Of a stretch of 64,000 bases of DNA, positions 1 through 8,043 are shown in pieces. Origin of the DNA: a virus; IMG/VR virus record IMGVR_UViG_3300018875_000004, positions 1 to 64,000 of that record; one strand, 5' to 3'. Position numbers and translations under genes: made by a program. Under the pieces are notes generated by a model. It saw nothing but the letters and a program-made list of their open reading frames with translations, did no database searches and had not been told where the DNA came from. Every line of letters begins with the position of its first letter. Position 1 is the stretch's first letter.

Positions 1-198
1 GTGCCTTTTACAGCCATTTCCGAGGGCTTCTCTGTGTTTGGATTCATGGATGCTGAAGTCGCCCTTAGCGATCGCGTAAACGATGGCATGGTGTCCTCGT
101 TCCAGGAGATGCTGCTGCAGGAGTCTCACAAGCCGATTCCAGCCGGCGCAGTTAAGGTCGTTACGCCACACGGTATTCGCACAAACATCATCGGGTAG
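1..198 (+). CDS. 3' end of a hypothetical protein (truncated by window edge)
   Basis: Open frame from position 1 to a TAG at 196-198, on the same strand as the downstream genes. Confidence 0.55.
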   Translation: MPFTAISEGFSVFGFMDAEVALSDRVNDGMVSSFQEMLLQESHKPIPAGAVKVVTPHGIRTNIIG

Positions 199-269
199 TT
201 GGCCGTCTGACGACGGCAAAGGCTTCTTGAAATATTAAAAACGAACCTATACCACAGGAGGTATTATAT

Positions 270-1601
270 ATGAAAACCATGGAAATGACGCATGACGCTC
301 AGCAAGAACAAGCCGCTGATTTGCAGATCGCAGACGCTGCAAGCAAAGAAAGCAAGATCACGATTAAAACATCCGCCCTGCTTAAAGCGGTGCAACGTGC
401 AGCATCTATTGTCAACCACGGACACTCTCTTGCTGTTCTCCAGAACGTTTACTTCTCGTATAGTGAAAGTGGCGTAACGCTGCGTGCCGCAAACGATCAC
501 TATTACATCGAGACGTATATCGCCCAGGAACATTGCGTATTGGAAGGCGAAGGACGTGACCTGCTGCTGCCAGCCAAGCGCTTCCTGGACATCATCAGCA
601 AACTGAGCGGCAGCAATACCACTCTGGTTGTCTCCGGCAAATCCGTTCGTATCAAATCCGGACGTGCGAAGATGGACATCACCAGCCTGGAAGCGGACGA
701 GTTCCCGGCATTCCCGACGATCAAAAAGGGCAAGTCGTTCGAGATCGATGCGCCTTCTCTGCTGCACATGTACACGGTGACGGAGTACGCAACATCTAAA
801 CTGCAAGACCAACCTGTACTCACCGGCGTATGCCATGACATTACCAAAAAGCAGTTCCGCTGCATTGCGACCGACCGCCACCGCTTCTCTCAGAACTACC
901 ATCCGACCGAAGTGGACTGCGAGGACATCCGCAGCAGCGTGCCGACTTCCACGATCAAAGAGGTCATGAAGCACCTGAAGACAGCTGACAATGTAACGCT
1001 GACTGTTGACGATAGCCATGTTATTTACAACCTGGGTGATGTGATCATCTTCTCCCGTGTTCTCGAAGGCAGCTACCCGGATACGGATAAGATCATTCCT
1101 GTATCTGCTGCAGCGACGATTACGATCCCGAACTCGGACTTCCTGGGCGCTGTGAAGCGTGCTGCGATCTTCCTTGACGAATCCGGTTCGTCTAAGATTA
1201 CCATCATGATTCACGGCAGCAACAACCAGATGCGCGTGCAAGCGGTAGACAGCGCGGACGGAACCATGTTGGAGGATATGACAACTGTCAAAGGAGAAGG
1301 CGACTTCGGTATTGCGACGATGAACGGTCGCTACCTGCTGGACGCACTCAGCAAGATTGCACCACAGTCCCATATTCAACTGAAAATCACGCCAAAAGCG
1401 CCGGTGGTCATCCGCGAGATGAACGCGCTCAATGGCGACGTGGCTGTTGTTGTTCCAGTCAAACACGCTAATGATAAGCTGACCGAGATCAACAACTTCA
1501 TGCCAAGCTACGATGAAGAAGTCGATCCGTTTGCAAAACAAGCGGAAAGCTACGCTGAGGAAGCGTCTGAAGCGAAAAACACAGAAGAAGATGCCGCATA
1601 A
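270..1601 (+). CDS. dnaN: DNA polymerase III beta sliding clamp with acidic terminal extensions
   Basis: Clamp motifs ADEFPAFP, QPVLTGV, IATDRHR, SRVLEGSYPD, MNGRYLLDAL; RBS AGGAGG. Confidence 0.93.
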   Translation: MKTMEMTHDAQQEQAADLQIADAASKESKITIKTSALLKAVQRAASIVNHGHSLAVLQNVYFSYSESGVTLRAANDHYYIETYIAQEHCVLEGEGRDLLLPAKRFLDIISKLSGSNTTLVVSGKSVRIKSGRAKMDITSLEADEFPAFPTIKKGKSFEIDAPSLLHMYTVTEYATSKLQDQPVLTGVCHDITKKQFRCIATDRHRFSQNYHPTEVDCEDIRSSVPTSTIKEVMKHLKTADNVTLTVDDSHVIYNLGDVIIFSRVLEGSYPDTDKIIPVSAAATITIPNSDFLGAVKRAAIFLDESGSSKITIMIHGSNNQMRVQAVDSADGTMLEDMTTVKGEGDFGIATMNGRYLLDALSKIAPQSHIQLKITPKAPVVIREMNALNGDVAVVVPVKHANDKLTEINNFMPSYDEEVDPFAKQAESYAEEASEAKNTEEDAA

Positions 1602-1623
1602 TCCATTTTTCTTAAAATAACTC

Positions 1624-1670
1624 TTGATTTTAGCTTGTAGCGTGTTATAATCAAAATGTAACGCGTTACA
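1624..1670 (+). promoter_or_regulatory. SigA-like promoter with operator palindrome at +1
   Basis: TTGATT-N16-TATAAT (1624-1651), then TGTAACGCGTTACA at 1657-1670; a degenerate second copy at 1636-1649. Confidence 0.75.
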
Positions 1671-1698
1671 AGCTCACACTATTAGGGAGCTGATAACT

Positions 1699-1914
1699 AT
1701 GGCAATGCCAATCGAACAACTCATGCAAAATACACCTGTACAAACTATCGTGCCAATCTTCGACTTTACCAATAAGCGGAGTGGAGACCAGGTTCAATGC
1801 GCAGACGGTCCGTATTCATTCGGGGAAAAAGTCTTCGTGGTTGAAAATGGAATGATCCAAAACGTATGGGCAGACGAAGAAGGCCAGATGGCTTTTGAAC
1901 TCGAAGGGATTTGA
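1699..1914 (+). CDS. hypothetical protein ending in a clamp-binding-like motif (QMAF)
   Basis: RBS GGGAG; first ORF after the promoter. Confidence 0.7.
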   Translation: MAMPIEQLMQNTPVQTIVPIFDFTNKRSGDQVQCADGPYSFGEKVFVVENGMIQNVWADEEGQMAFELEGI

Positions 1915-2156
1915 AGCGAATGACACCGGACGTTCAACGTTCGATCTTTGCAACTAACGCATTTGCATCGCAGTATCCGGAAGAGCATACAGCGCTTTGG
2001 CACCAGTTTGAAGAAGCTGTTCCTCAGCAGAAGCGATCCGGATACTACGGCGCAGACAACGCAGCTTACGTCAAATGGCTGCGCGAAACCAAACAACCCC
2101 TGTTCCTTTCCTTTTTGCAAGCGAGCATCGAGGGTAAACAGTTTGGACAACCATGA
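1911..2156 (+). CDS. hypothetical protein
   Basis: Overlaps the stop of the upstream ORF; AAGGG RBS-like sequence. Confidence 0.65.
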   Translation: MKRMTPDVQRSIFATNAFASQYPEEHTALWHQFEEAVPQQKRSGYYGADNAAYVKWLRETKQPLFLSFLQASIEGKQFGQP

Positions 2157-2224
2157 ATGATGCCGGGCAGGAGCCATCCTGTCACGCATGGAGCACATCA
2201 CCGCTGATTATTTATAATTGACCT

Positions 2225-2748
2225 GCGGAGGTAGGTGATGTGTTCCATGGGTAATCTTATCCCATTACCTATTGCAAGAATGTAATGCTGTGAGGCTGCT
2301 ACTACCGCAGGCTATAACCTGCTACAGTCAGATGGAATGCAGCCGTGCAGGGCCGCCACCTTGCACACATTCTTGCCTCTCATTCAGCGCACAAGTGTAC
2401 TGTCCCCCCGGTCTTAGAGGACAGCGGCTTGTAACAGAAACCGGTAAAGGAGCCGACCTTGTGCGTTGAATGAGGGTTTTGCATTAGCCTTTCCCCGTTC
2501 CCTCATCAAAAACTATGGAAGAGGCAGGTTACAGAGGTTCGCCTTCATGGAAACTCGCTTATTCGAGAGTAGGTCAGTAGGAGCTGCAGACCCGAAAGCC
2601 CAAAACGGTAAGTTTGTGGAAAGCAAAAACCAATCGATGTGACTATGCGCTGCATCGGCGTTGTTCAGAAGAGGATGTCAATCTCTGGCGAGTTTTCTGA
2701 ATCTGGACCGCGTACTACATAGCTTGCCGGCGATCTATCCCGGCATTG
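2225..2748 (+). ncRNA. large structured non-coding RNA, class uncertain (GOLLD-like candidate)
   Basis: About 520 nt without a credible ORF. Helices 2232-2240/2263-2271, 2274-2283/2367-2376, 2379-2395/2458-2474; long-range pair 2315-2322/2524-2531; kissing pair 2408-2412/2440-2444. Abuts a tRNA-like element. Confidence 0.65.
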
Positions 2749-2749
2749 C

Positions 2750-2825
2750 GCTGGGATAGCTTAACGGTAGAGCGCTCGCAGCATCCAATTGCGAGAGATT
2801 AGAGGTTCGACTCCCGTTCCCAGCT
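2750..2825 (+). tRNA. atypical tRNA-like RNA (TCC/Gly-like loop on a 7-bp anticodon stem)
   Basis: Acceptor GCTGGGA/TCCCAGC, D arm GCTT-AACGGTA-GAGC, T loop TTCGACT. T stem has two mismatches; anticodon arm CTCGCAG-CATCCAA-TTGCGAG; no encoded CCA. Confidence 0.7.
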
Positions 2826-2837
2826 TCAAAACAGACA

Positions 2838-3512
2838 ATGGGGGAAATGGACATGAGCGAAATTTCAATGGTTACAGAAGAAGTTGTGGGTGTGAATTTT
2901 GGACTGGCGATCCGCACGTTCGATAAAGAAGCCGTACTGGATGCAGAAGGCGTCAGCGATCAACAGTTCCAGTCCGTAATCGACGGATTCTTCGCTAACC
3001 TGAATGGTGTAACGCCACCGCAAAGACCAGTATCTGAGGAGGGCATCAACGAAGCTCCGGCTGCAAAGCCTGAACCGCCTGTCGAAGCTGTTCCTAAAAA
3101 TACGTCTTATGAGCCTGCGGAAGCGAAGGCAGAAGTTAAGCAAGAACCGCAACTGCCGAAAGAGCAGACAGAAGACGAATATCACTACATTACAGAAGAT
3201 CGCGTGGGTCAACTTTCTAATGATGCACCTGATCACCTTAAAACAGGAATCAAAATCATCAACCATGTTGAGCACTTCAAAACCCGCTACGTATGTCCGA
3301 AATGCGAAAAAAAAGGTAGTCGCTATATTCCGGAAGGCGCTACGTCTACCGATTGTCACCATTGTATGACGACCATGCAAGTAAAGAAAGCTGTACCAGG
3401 AGTATACGGACTAGACAGAGACGCATTCGGCAACTTCTATGTTGCAGGTAGTCAAAAGCCGGTTAAAGTGGTTTCGGTTGATCAATACAAAAAATTGAAT
3501 AAACGTTCTTAA
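2838..3512 (+). CDS. hypothetical protein with C-terminal Zn-ribbon
   Basis: CPKC...CHHC; long ORF between the two tRNA-like elements. Confidence 0.8.
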   Translation: MGEMDMSEISMVTEEVVGVNFGLAIRTFDKEAVLDAEGVSDQQFQSVIDGFFANLNGVTPPQRPVSEEGINEAPAAKPEPPVEAVPKNTSYEPAEAKAEVKQEPQLPKEQTEDEYHYITEDRVGQLSNDAPDHLKTGIKIINHVEHFKTRYVCPKCEKKGSRYIPEGATSTDCHHCMTTMQVKKAVPGVYGLDRDAFGNFYVAGSQKPVKVVSVDQYKKLNKRS

Positions 3513-3556
3513 TATAATATGATATATTCTGCCTGGCTTCGGCCGGGCAGCATTAT

Positions 3557-3638
3557 GCAGAGGTAGCGAAGTGGCTTAACGCATGGGGCGCGCGCGATTT
3601 TTAACCCCATTTCGCAGGTTCAAATCCCGCCTTCTGCT
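3557..3638 (+). tRNA. tRNA-like RNA with a 16-nt non-decoding anticodon loop
   Basis: Acceptor GCAGAGG/CTTCTGC, D arm GCG-AAGTGGCTTAA-CGC, T arm GCAGG-TTCAAAT-CCCGC, anticodon arm ATGGGG-CGCGCGCGATTTTTAA-CCCCAT. Confidence 0.7.
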
Positions 3639-3662
3639 TATCTTTTTTAGGAGGTCTTCCTT

Positions 3663-3935
3663 ATGAATCCAGGTCAAGAAGTGTTTTGGGTGTCGCAATC
3701 TCAAGGAACAACTACGAAAAAGAGAGGCCGAGTAGTAGGAACTGTCGGAAGATCCAAGAGTGCATTTAATCTTCTCCCAGAGGGCTTGCCTAAATCTCGG
3801 ATCAAGTTTCAAGAGTTCAATCTTACAGGAACCCGTGTTATTGTCGAGGTGCCACGTGGTGGAAAAAGTAAACTTTCTGATTTTTATGCTCCATACGCAT
3901 CAATGATTAAACTTGTGGAAGACACTTCCGAGTGA
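3663..3935 (+). CDS. hypothetical phage protein
   Basis: RBS AGGAGG, basic 90-aa ORF. Confidence 0.8.
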   Translation: MNPGQEVFWVSQSQGTTTKKRGRVVGTVGRSKSAFNLLPEGLPKSRIKFQEFNLTGTRVIVEVPRGGKSKLSDFYAPYASMIKLVEDTSE

Positions 3936-3939
3936 TCGG

Positions 3940-4450
3940 AGCTTCCATTTAGCACACAAGTAAAGACCGTAGATCAGCCAGGAACCTCTGCAGATAGTGG
4001 AGTGACGCGGTGTTCGTCATTAAGCGATACTGTAGGCATGTGGCGCAAGCTGCTGTGAGTCCAATTGTTCTCTGGTGCATAAGCTTAAATTTGGGATCAG
4101 GTGCAACAAGTGCCAATGTGCAGGGTAGATTACCCGAATCGGTTGCTTTGAGTTTCCGCCAAGCGGATCGGATGAATGCTTGGACAGTTCGCTGTTCATG
4201 ACCGTGAAAAACACCTTTTATCTTATATACTCAAAGACCTGCAGCTTGTGTGTTAAATGGAGTATGTGGGGCAGATTAAGCTTCCATGGACAGGACGAGG
4301 GTAGAGCTGACAAACATTTAACAGGTAGGTTCTTCAGGCATCGAGCAGGTGGGTGCCTGAAGACTATCATTAAATTCCTACAGTGCCGAAAGGCCATGGT
4401 TTGTTGTCCCTAACGTAAACGATCCGAAGCTCACAGGTGATCTGCAGCCG
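3940..4450 (+). ncRNA. ROOL-family large non-coding RNA
   Basis: Ordered segments resembling ROOL as I recall it: CGTAGATCAGCCA, GCTGTGAG, GGTAGATTACCCGAAT, GGATGAAT, CATGGTTTGTTGT-CCTAAC, AGGTGATCT. Pairings seen directly: 3944-3960/4245-4261, 3969-3976/4438-4445, 4029-4036/4377-4384. Confidence 0.8.
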
Positions 4451-4494
4451 GATAAGCGGTAAAGACCGGCACAATTTATTTCAGGAGGGCGTCT

Positions 4495-4791
4495 ATGAAC
4501 ATCAAACTGCGTAACGGGAAGGAAGCTGTATATAAATCGTCCAGGGAAACCCGGATTCCTGATATGGGTATTGATGATATGACGGAAGTTCACTCCTACC
4601 ACATTCCATGCCCTGTATGTGACCACAGCGAAGAGAACATCGCGGTGTCTCAGGATGGAATCGTGTTTCTTAACAACCAGATTATTTGTCGGTTCTGCGG
4701 AGTCTTCTTCCGGCCAGTGATAGACCCTGATTTTATTAAGCAAAAGCGCACATTGCGTGATATACTGTTATCCAACGAAGCCGGCCAATGA
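4495..4791 (+). CDS. Zn-ribbon hypothetical protein
   Basis: CPVC...CRFC; RBS AGGAGG. Confidence 0.75.
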   Translation: MNIKLRNGKEAVYKSSRETRIPDMGIDDMTEVHSYHIPCPVCDHSEENIAVSQDGIVFLNNQIICRFCGVFFRPVIDPDFIKQKRTLRDILLSNEAGQ

Positions 4792-4825
4792 GTCGGCTTT
4801 TATTAATTTGCAAAGGGGATTTTCC

Positions 4826-5158
4826 ATGACTAACCAAAAAATCATTGCAAAATTGCAAAAGAAGTATCAAAATGTAGAGGTCAGAGTTTTGGAGCAATCC
4901 GAGGCTGATGATCGTGTAGATGTTGTCGGCCTGATTTATCAGAAGAATGGGCTGCCGAGCAAACCCAGCCCCGGCTTGCTTGAAGTGAACAAAATCTGGG
5001 ATCCAAACGGAGACCGTCCGACAGGATTCTTGATCTTCGATTCATTCGAGAGAGAAGACGGCGTTGTCATGTCTATTATGGTATCGATAGACTGGTTGGA
5101 CACCATCTCAAGCCGCAAGCCGTACCTTGAAAAGTGGAAAGCTGACTTCGTGCAATAG
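4826..5158 (+). CDS. hypothetical protein
   Basis: Start moved to the ATG at 4826 behind RBS AAGGGG. Confidence 0.7.
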   Translation: MTNQKIIAKLQKKYQNVEVRVLEQSEADDRVDVVGLIYQKNGLPSKPSPGLLEVNKIWDPNGDRPTGFLIFDSFEREDGVVMSIMVSIDWLDTISSRKPYLEKWKADFVQ

Positions 5159-5172
5159 GAGGCCCACAGCAT

Positions 5173-5430
5173 ATGGATTTATTCGATTTTGCAAAAGAGC
5201 AGCAAGCTGCCGCAGCACCCGATCCGGAGTTCTACAAACCGGAGGCCGGACACCGTGTTATGGTGCCGTCGATCGGGCAAACCGGCGTAATTGATTATAT
5301 TGATCAGCGGACACTATTCGTTAATGAATACTTTCCAATCCAGGTCATTCTGGACAAACCATACGATGATTCCACGATGATTCGGACCAATCTCCGAGAT
5401 ATACAGAAGGAGGGAGAGTATGACAATTGA
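5173..5430 (+). CDS. small SH3-like hypothetical protein starting MDLFDF
   Basis: RBS AGGAGG; G-x-RV...TGVI pattern. Confidence 0.7.
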   Translation: MDLFDFAKEQQAAAAPDPEFYKPEAGHRVMVPSIGQTGVIDYIDQRTLFVNEYFPIQVILDKPYDDSTMIRTNLRDIQKEGEYDN

Positions 5431-5560
5431 TTATATGCTTAAAGCTGTGCGCCAGTCAGGCAAGCACGGTGCTGTCCAATCTTATCTTCGCAACAGGCTA
5501 GGATTGGATCAAGTAGACAATGCCGCACGGATGCGAGCATTTTTAAGAAACAAAAAATAA
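5420..5560 (+). CDS. 46-aa hypothetical protein (not in ORF track)
   Basis: MTIDYMLKAVRQSGKHG...; RBS GGAGGG, overlaps the upstream stop. Confidence 0.55.
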   Translation: MTIDYMLKAVRQSGKHGAVQSYLRNRLGLDQVDNAARMRAFLRNKK

Positions 5561-5592
5561 AGGAACAGTCTCAGGAGGAGAAGACACGAATC

Positions 5593-6426
5593 ATGCTTAA
5601 ACATTTAGAAGCCAGTGATTTGGATGCACTAATCAGTCAGCTCAAGAATACTTTTTCATTTGAAGATTGGAATAAGATACTTGTACTTTCAGATCAATTG
5701 ATAAAGTCGGTCGAAGTCATCCGGAATATATCAAAAATCACAGGTGTCCAGTTTGGTCAAGCCGAAAAAAGCCTGATGTATTATTATGGGTTTGCTTATA
5801 TGGCTGCCGGCACCGCTTATCAAAAGAAAGGCCTCTATGTTGAAGCAAGAGAGTGGATTCTCAAATACGGTGACTGGTCCTGGGTCGTTGATCCACAGTC
5901 GGAAGATTGCACCTGGATGGATTACTGGACACGTATCTCCGAAATCAATCTTGTCGTCATCGATCTCTTGATGGGCAAGCCTGATGCTTTGCGGCAGATC
6001 GTGGACTACATGTTCGCTCATCCGGAAGATGCTTTGGCTGGAATGATCACGATCCTTGAAGCTGCCAACCAAAACAACCTTAATGTCGATGCGGTCTTGG
6101 CAGAAATACCCTCTGACTTTTGGAAGAATGACGCCAGCGATGGCGTAGTCAACATGTCTTACCAGTACAAGTTCTTCTATCAGCTATCCCTATACGAACT
6201 GAAACGTAACTCGTTACATTTTAGTTTAGGTAACATCTTGCAAGCGATGAGATTAGCTGATAAAATGAAGAACGTGGAAGACTTTAGGGCATGTATTGAT
6301 GTCTACGAATCCCTTAAAGAGCAAGCAACTCCACAACAAGAGAAAGAATACAAACATATCTTAAAGGGAGCGATTAGACATGAAGAAATGGTTGCTGTCA
6401 GCATTGCTGGCATTCGGAGTACTTAG
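5593..6426 (+). CDS. RRNPP/TPR peptide receptor, Paenibacillus AloR-like, no obvious HTH
   Basis: Helical repeats with YYYGFAYM, KYGDWSW, LLMG, AGMITILEAAN; directly followed by a secreted propeptide gene. Confidence 0.75.
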   Translation: MLKHLEASDLDALISQLKNTFSFEDWNKILVLSDQLIKSVEVIRNISKITGVQFGQAEKSLMYYYGFAYMAAGTAYQKKGLYVEAREWILKYGDWSWVVDPQSEDCTWMDYWTRISEINLVVIDLLMGKPDALRQIVDYMFAHPEDALAGMITILEAANQNNLNVDAVLAEIPSDFWKNDASDGVVNMSYQYKFFYQLSLYELKRNSLHFSLGNILQAMRLADKMKNVEDFRACIDVYESLKEQATPQQEKEYKHILKGAIRHEEMVAVSIAGIRST

Positions 6427-6535
6427 TGTAACTGCAGGTGCGGTAAGCGCTGCTGAACTGGAGAAGCCGGTTTCGCCAGTTGCTTCGGGTGAAGATCAAA
6501 TCATCAAACCTCTGAACTTTGGCTGGGGCGCATAA
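6380..6535 (+). CDS. secreted signalling propeptide (AloP/AimP-like), 51 aa (not in ORF track)
   Basis: MKKWLLSALLAFGVLSVTAGAVSAAELEKPVSPVASGEDQIIKPLNFGWGA: Sec signal, linker, aromatic/Gly C-terminus; RBS AAGGGAG. Confidence 0.85.
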   Translation: MKKWLLSALLAFGVLSVTAGAVSAAELEKPVSPVASGEDQIIKPLNFGWGA

Positions 6536-6653
6536 ATAAAAAGAGTAGCCCCGGGTGCAACCAGGACTATTCAGACGCATCAAAATCATATTGGCATTCT
6601 CTTCAAAGAGGCGTATCTATCGGCGATTACCGTTAGAACAACAATAATATCTA

Positions 6654-6687
6654 AAAAAAGGCAAGGCTTACGAGTCTTGCCTTTTTT
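6654..6687. terminator. bidirectional intrinsic terminator
   Basis: AAAAAAGGCAAGGC-TTACGA-GTCTTGCCTTTTTT. Confidence 0.8.
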
Positions 6688-6703
6688 ATTTGGAGGAGAC
6701 GTT

Positions 6704-6961
6704 ATGAAGTATGAATTTCACTACCGACTAGAGAAGGAACTGAAGGCAGGGATAGACGAACAAGGAAACCCCGCGGAAGCCTATGCACAGTTCTCGTTTG
6801 AGTCACCACTTGATTTATCCGAAGAGAAGATCAAAAAGATTCACGAAGGCCCGGGCAGGCGCCAGATCGCCATGGGAGATGCGGAGTATATGAAATATGT
6901 AACGCCAATCACAAAAGAAGAATACGACCGCGAGGCAGCGGTAGAAGAGGAGACAGACTAA
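6704..6961 (+). CDS. hypothetical protein
   Basis: RBS GGAGG before ATG 6704. Confidence 0.75.
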   Translation: MKYEFHYRLEKELKAGIDEQGNPAEAYAQFSFESPLDLSEEKIKKIHEGPGRRQIAMGDAEYMKYVTPITKEEYDREAAVEEETD

Positions 6962-7659
6962 TGAACCAAATGCCGCCACTTGATTTTAATAATGCAATCG
7001 CTGATACGATGACAAAGCTTACCGAGGAGAATTATATAGGCCAAGTCATCGAGAAACAGTTGAAAAAAACCATTGATGATATCGTCGAAAGTGCGCTCCG
7101 ATCTTACAGTGATTTTGGCAAGGGACTGAAGCAGCAGGTTGAAGCGCAGCTGCAGATCAATCTTGATAAGCTGGATCTTCCAAGCTATAACGAACTCATT
7201 ATTCAAACGATTAAAAGCGAACTCGATCGAACCGTTCACGAGATGGGTGTTGCCAAGATGACGGAACAGCTGGAGGAACTTCTGGGAACGAAGAAAGAAA
7301 CGATTAATTTCTCAGAAATTCTGAAAGAGATGGTCGAAAGAGATTGCGAATTGGAAGAACTGGAGTATGAAGAAACTCATGAAATTACAGTTCATGCTGA
7401 TCCAAATTCTCGCACACTGTCATTCATCTATTTTGACCCAGAAGCAGATCAAGAGAGCTATCGATGTAAATATCGTCTGGTGCTGGATAGTGACGGCACT
7501 GTGAATAGCTTCAGTGTTCGAGACAGGGAATTTAACCACAAGGAGATCATTGGCGGTCTCTATGGCATAGAAGCTACGCTCTTCAAAGCATACACACACG
7601 GAACTAAGATCATTATGGACGACTACGAAACCGAGTTCTCCAATCCAGAGCACGATTAA
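6961..7659 (+). CDS. acidic hypothetical phage protein
   Basis: 232-aa ORF coupled to the upstream stop (TAATG). Confidence 0.8.
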   Translation: MNQMPPLDFNNAIADTMTKLTEENYIGQVIEKQLKKTIDDIVESALRSYSDFGKGLKQQVEAQLQINLDKLDLPSYNELIIQTIKSELDRTVHEMGVAKMTEQLEELLGTKKETINFSEILKEMVERDCELEELEYEETHEITVHADPNSRTLSFIYFDPEADQESYRCKYRLVLDSDGTVNSFSVRDREFNHKEIIGGLYGIEATLFKAYTHGTKIIMDDYETEFSNPEHD

Positions 7660-7686
7660 TCATCTCACTAATACGGAGGAATCCCT

Positions 7687-7911
7687 ATGAGCAAACGATA
7701 TATTCTGATTATTAAAAGAGGCAGTAAAGACGTCCGTGCGGACGATCGGAACAACCCTCGGTATGATCCGCCGCAGAAGGATGATGTAGTCCTGGAATTT
7801 GACAAGCAGCTTGAGATGGTCGATAAGGCCCGTGAGCTGCTGAATCAGGGCATGGCGATCTGCACGCGCGGAGACAGTAAGCAGCTGCGTCAGTTCAAGT
7901 CCGCGCTTTGA
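7687..7911 (+). CDS. hypothetical protein
   Basis: RBS GGAGG. Confidence 0.7.
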   Translation: MSKRYILIIKRGSKDVRADDRNNPRYDPPQKDDVVLEFDKQLEMVDKARELLNQGMAICTRGDSKQLRQFKSAL

Positions 7912-7936
7912 CAAAAGATGTAATAAATGCTATTAT
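7908..7936 (+). promoter_or_regulatory. strong SigA promoter
   Basis: TTGACA-N17-TATTAT with extended TG. Confidence 0.8.
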
Positions 7937-8043
7937 CAAGATCCCAGTAAGAACATGTGGTACTTTGCATTAACCCGTTTTTTGCGCGAGCCCTCACTTA
8001 ATACGTGGGGGTTTTATTTTATTCAATGGAGGAAACTATAGAT

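Noticed and set aside
264-1541. Long antisense ORFs (264-1541, 19038-20132, 41420-42913, 43124-44188, 55378-56598, 56812-58257, 62374-63345 and others)
   Set aside because: Shadows of well-supported genes on the opposite strand, without RBS or recognisable motifs
1657-1670. The operator palindrome as a CcpA cre site
   Set aside because: cre has a central CG (TGWAANCGNTNWCA); these sites have central GC, GT or AC with invariant TGTAAY/RTTACA arms
4095-4107. GATCAGGTGCAAC resembling the pistol ribozyme substrate strand
   Set aside because: The partner P1, pseudoknot and P3 strands are not present in the required order, and the segment lies inside the ROOL-like RNA
2272-4413. Short ORFs at 2272-2469, 2735-2917, 3576-3812, 4010-4201, 4020-4214, 4180-4413
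   Set aside because: No convincing RBS and they overlap structured RNA elements
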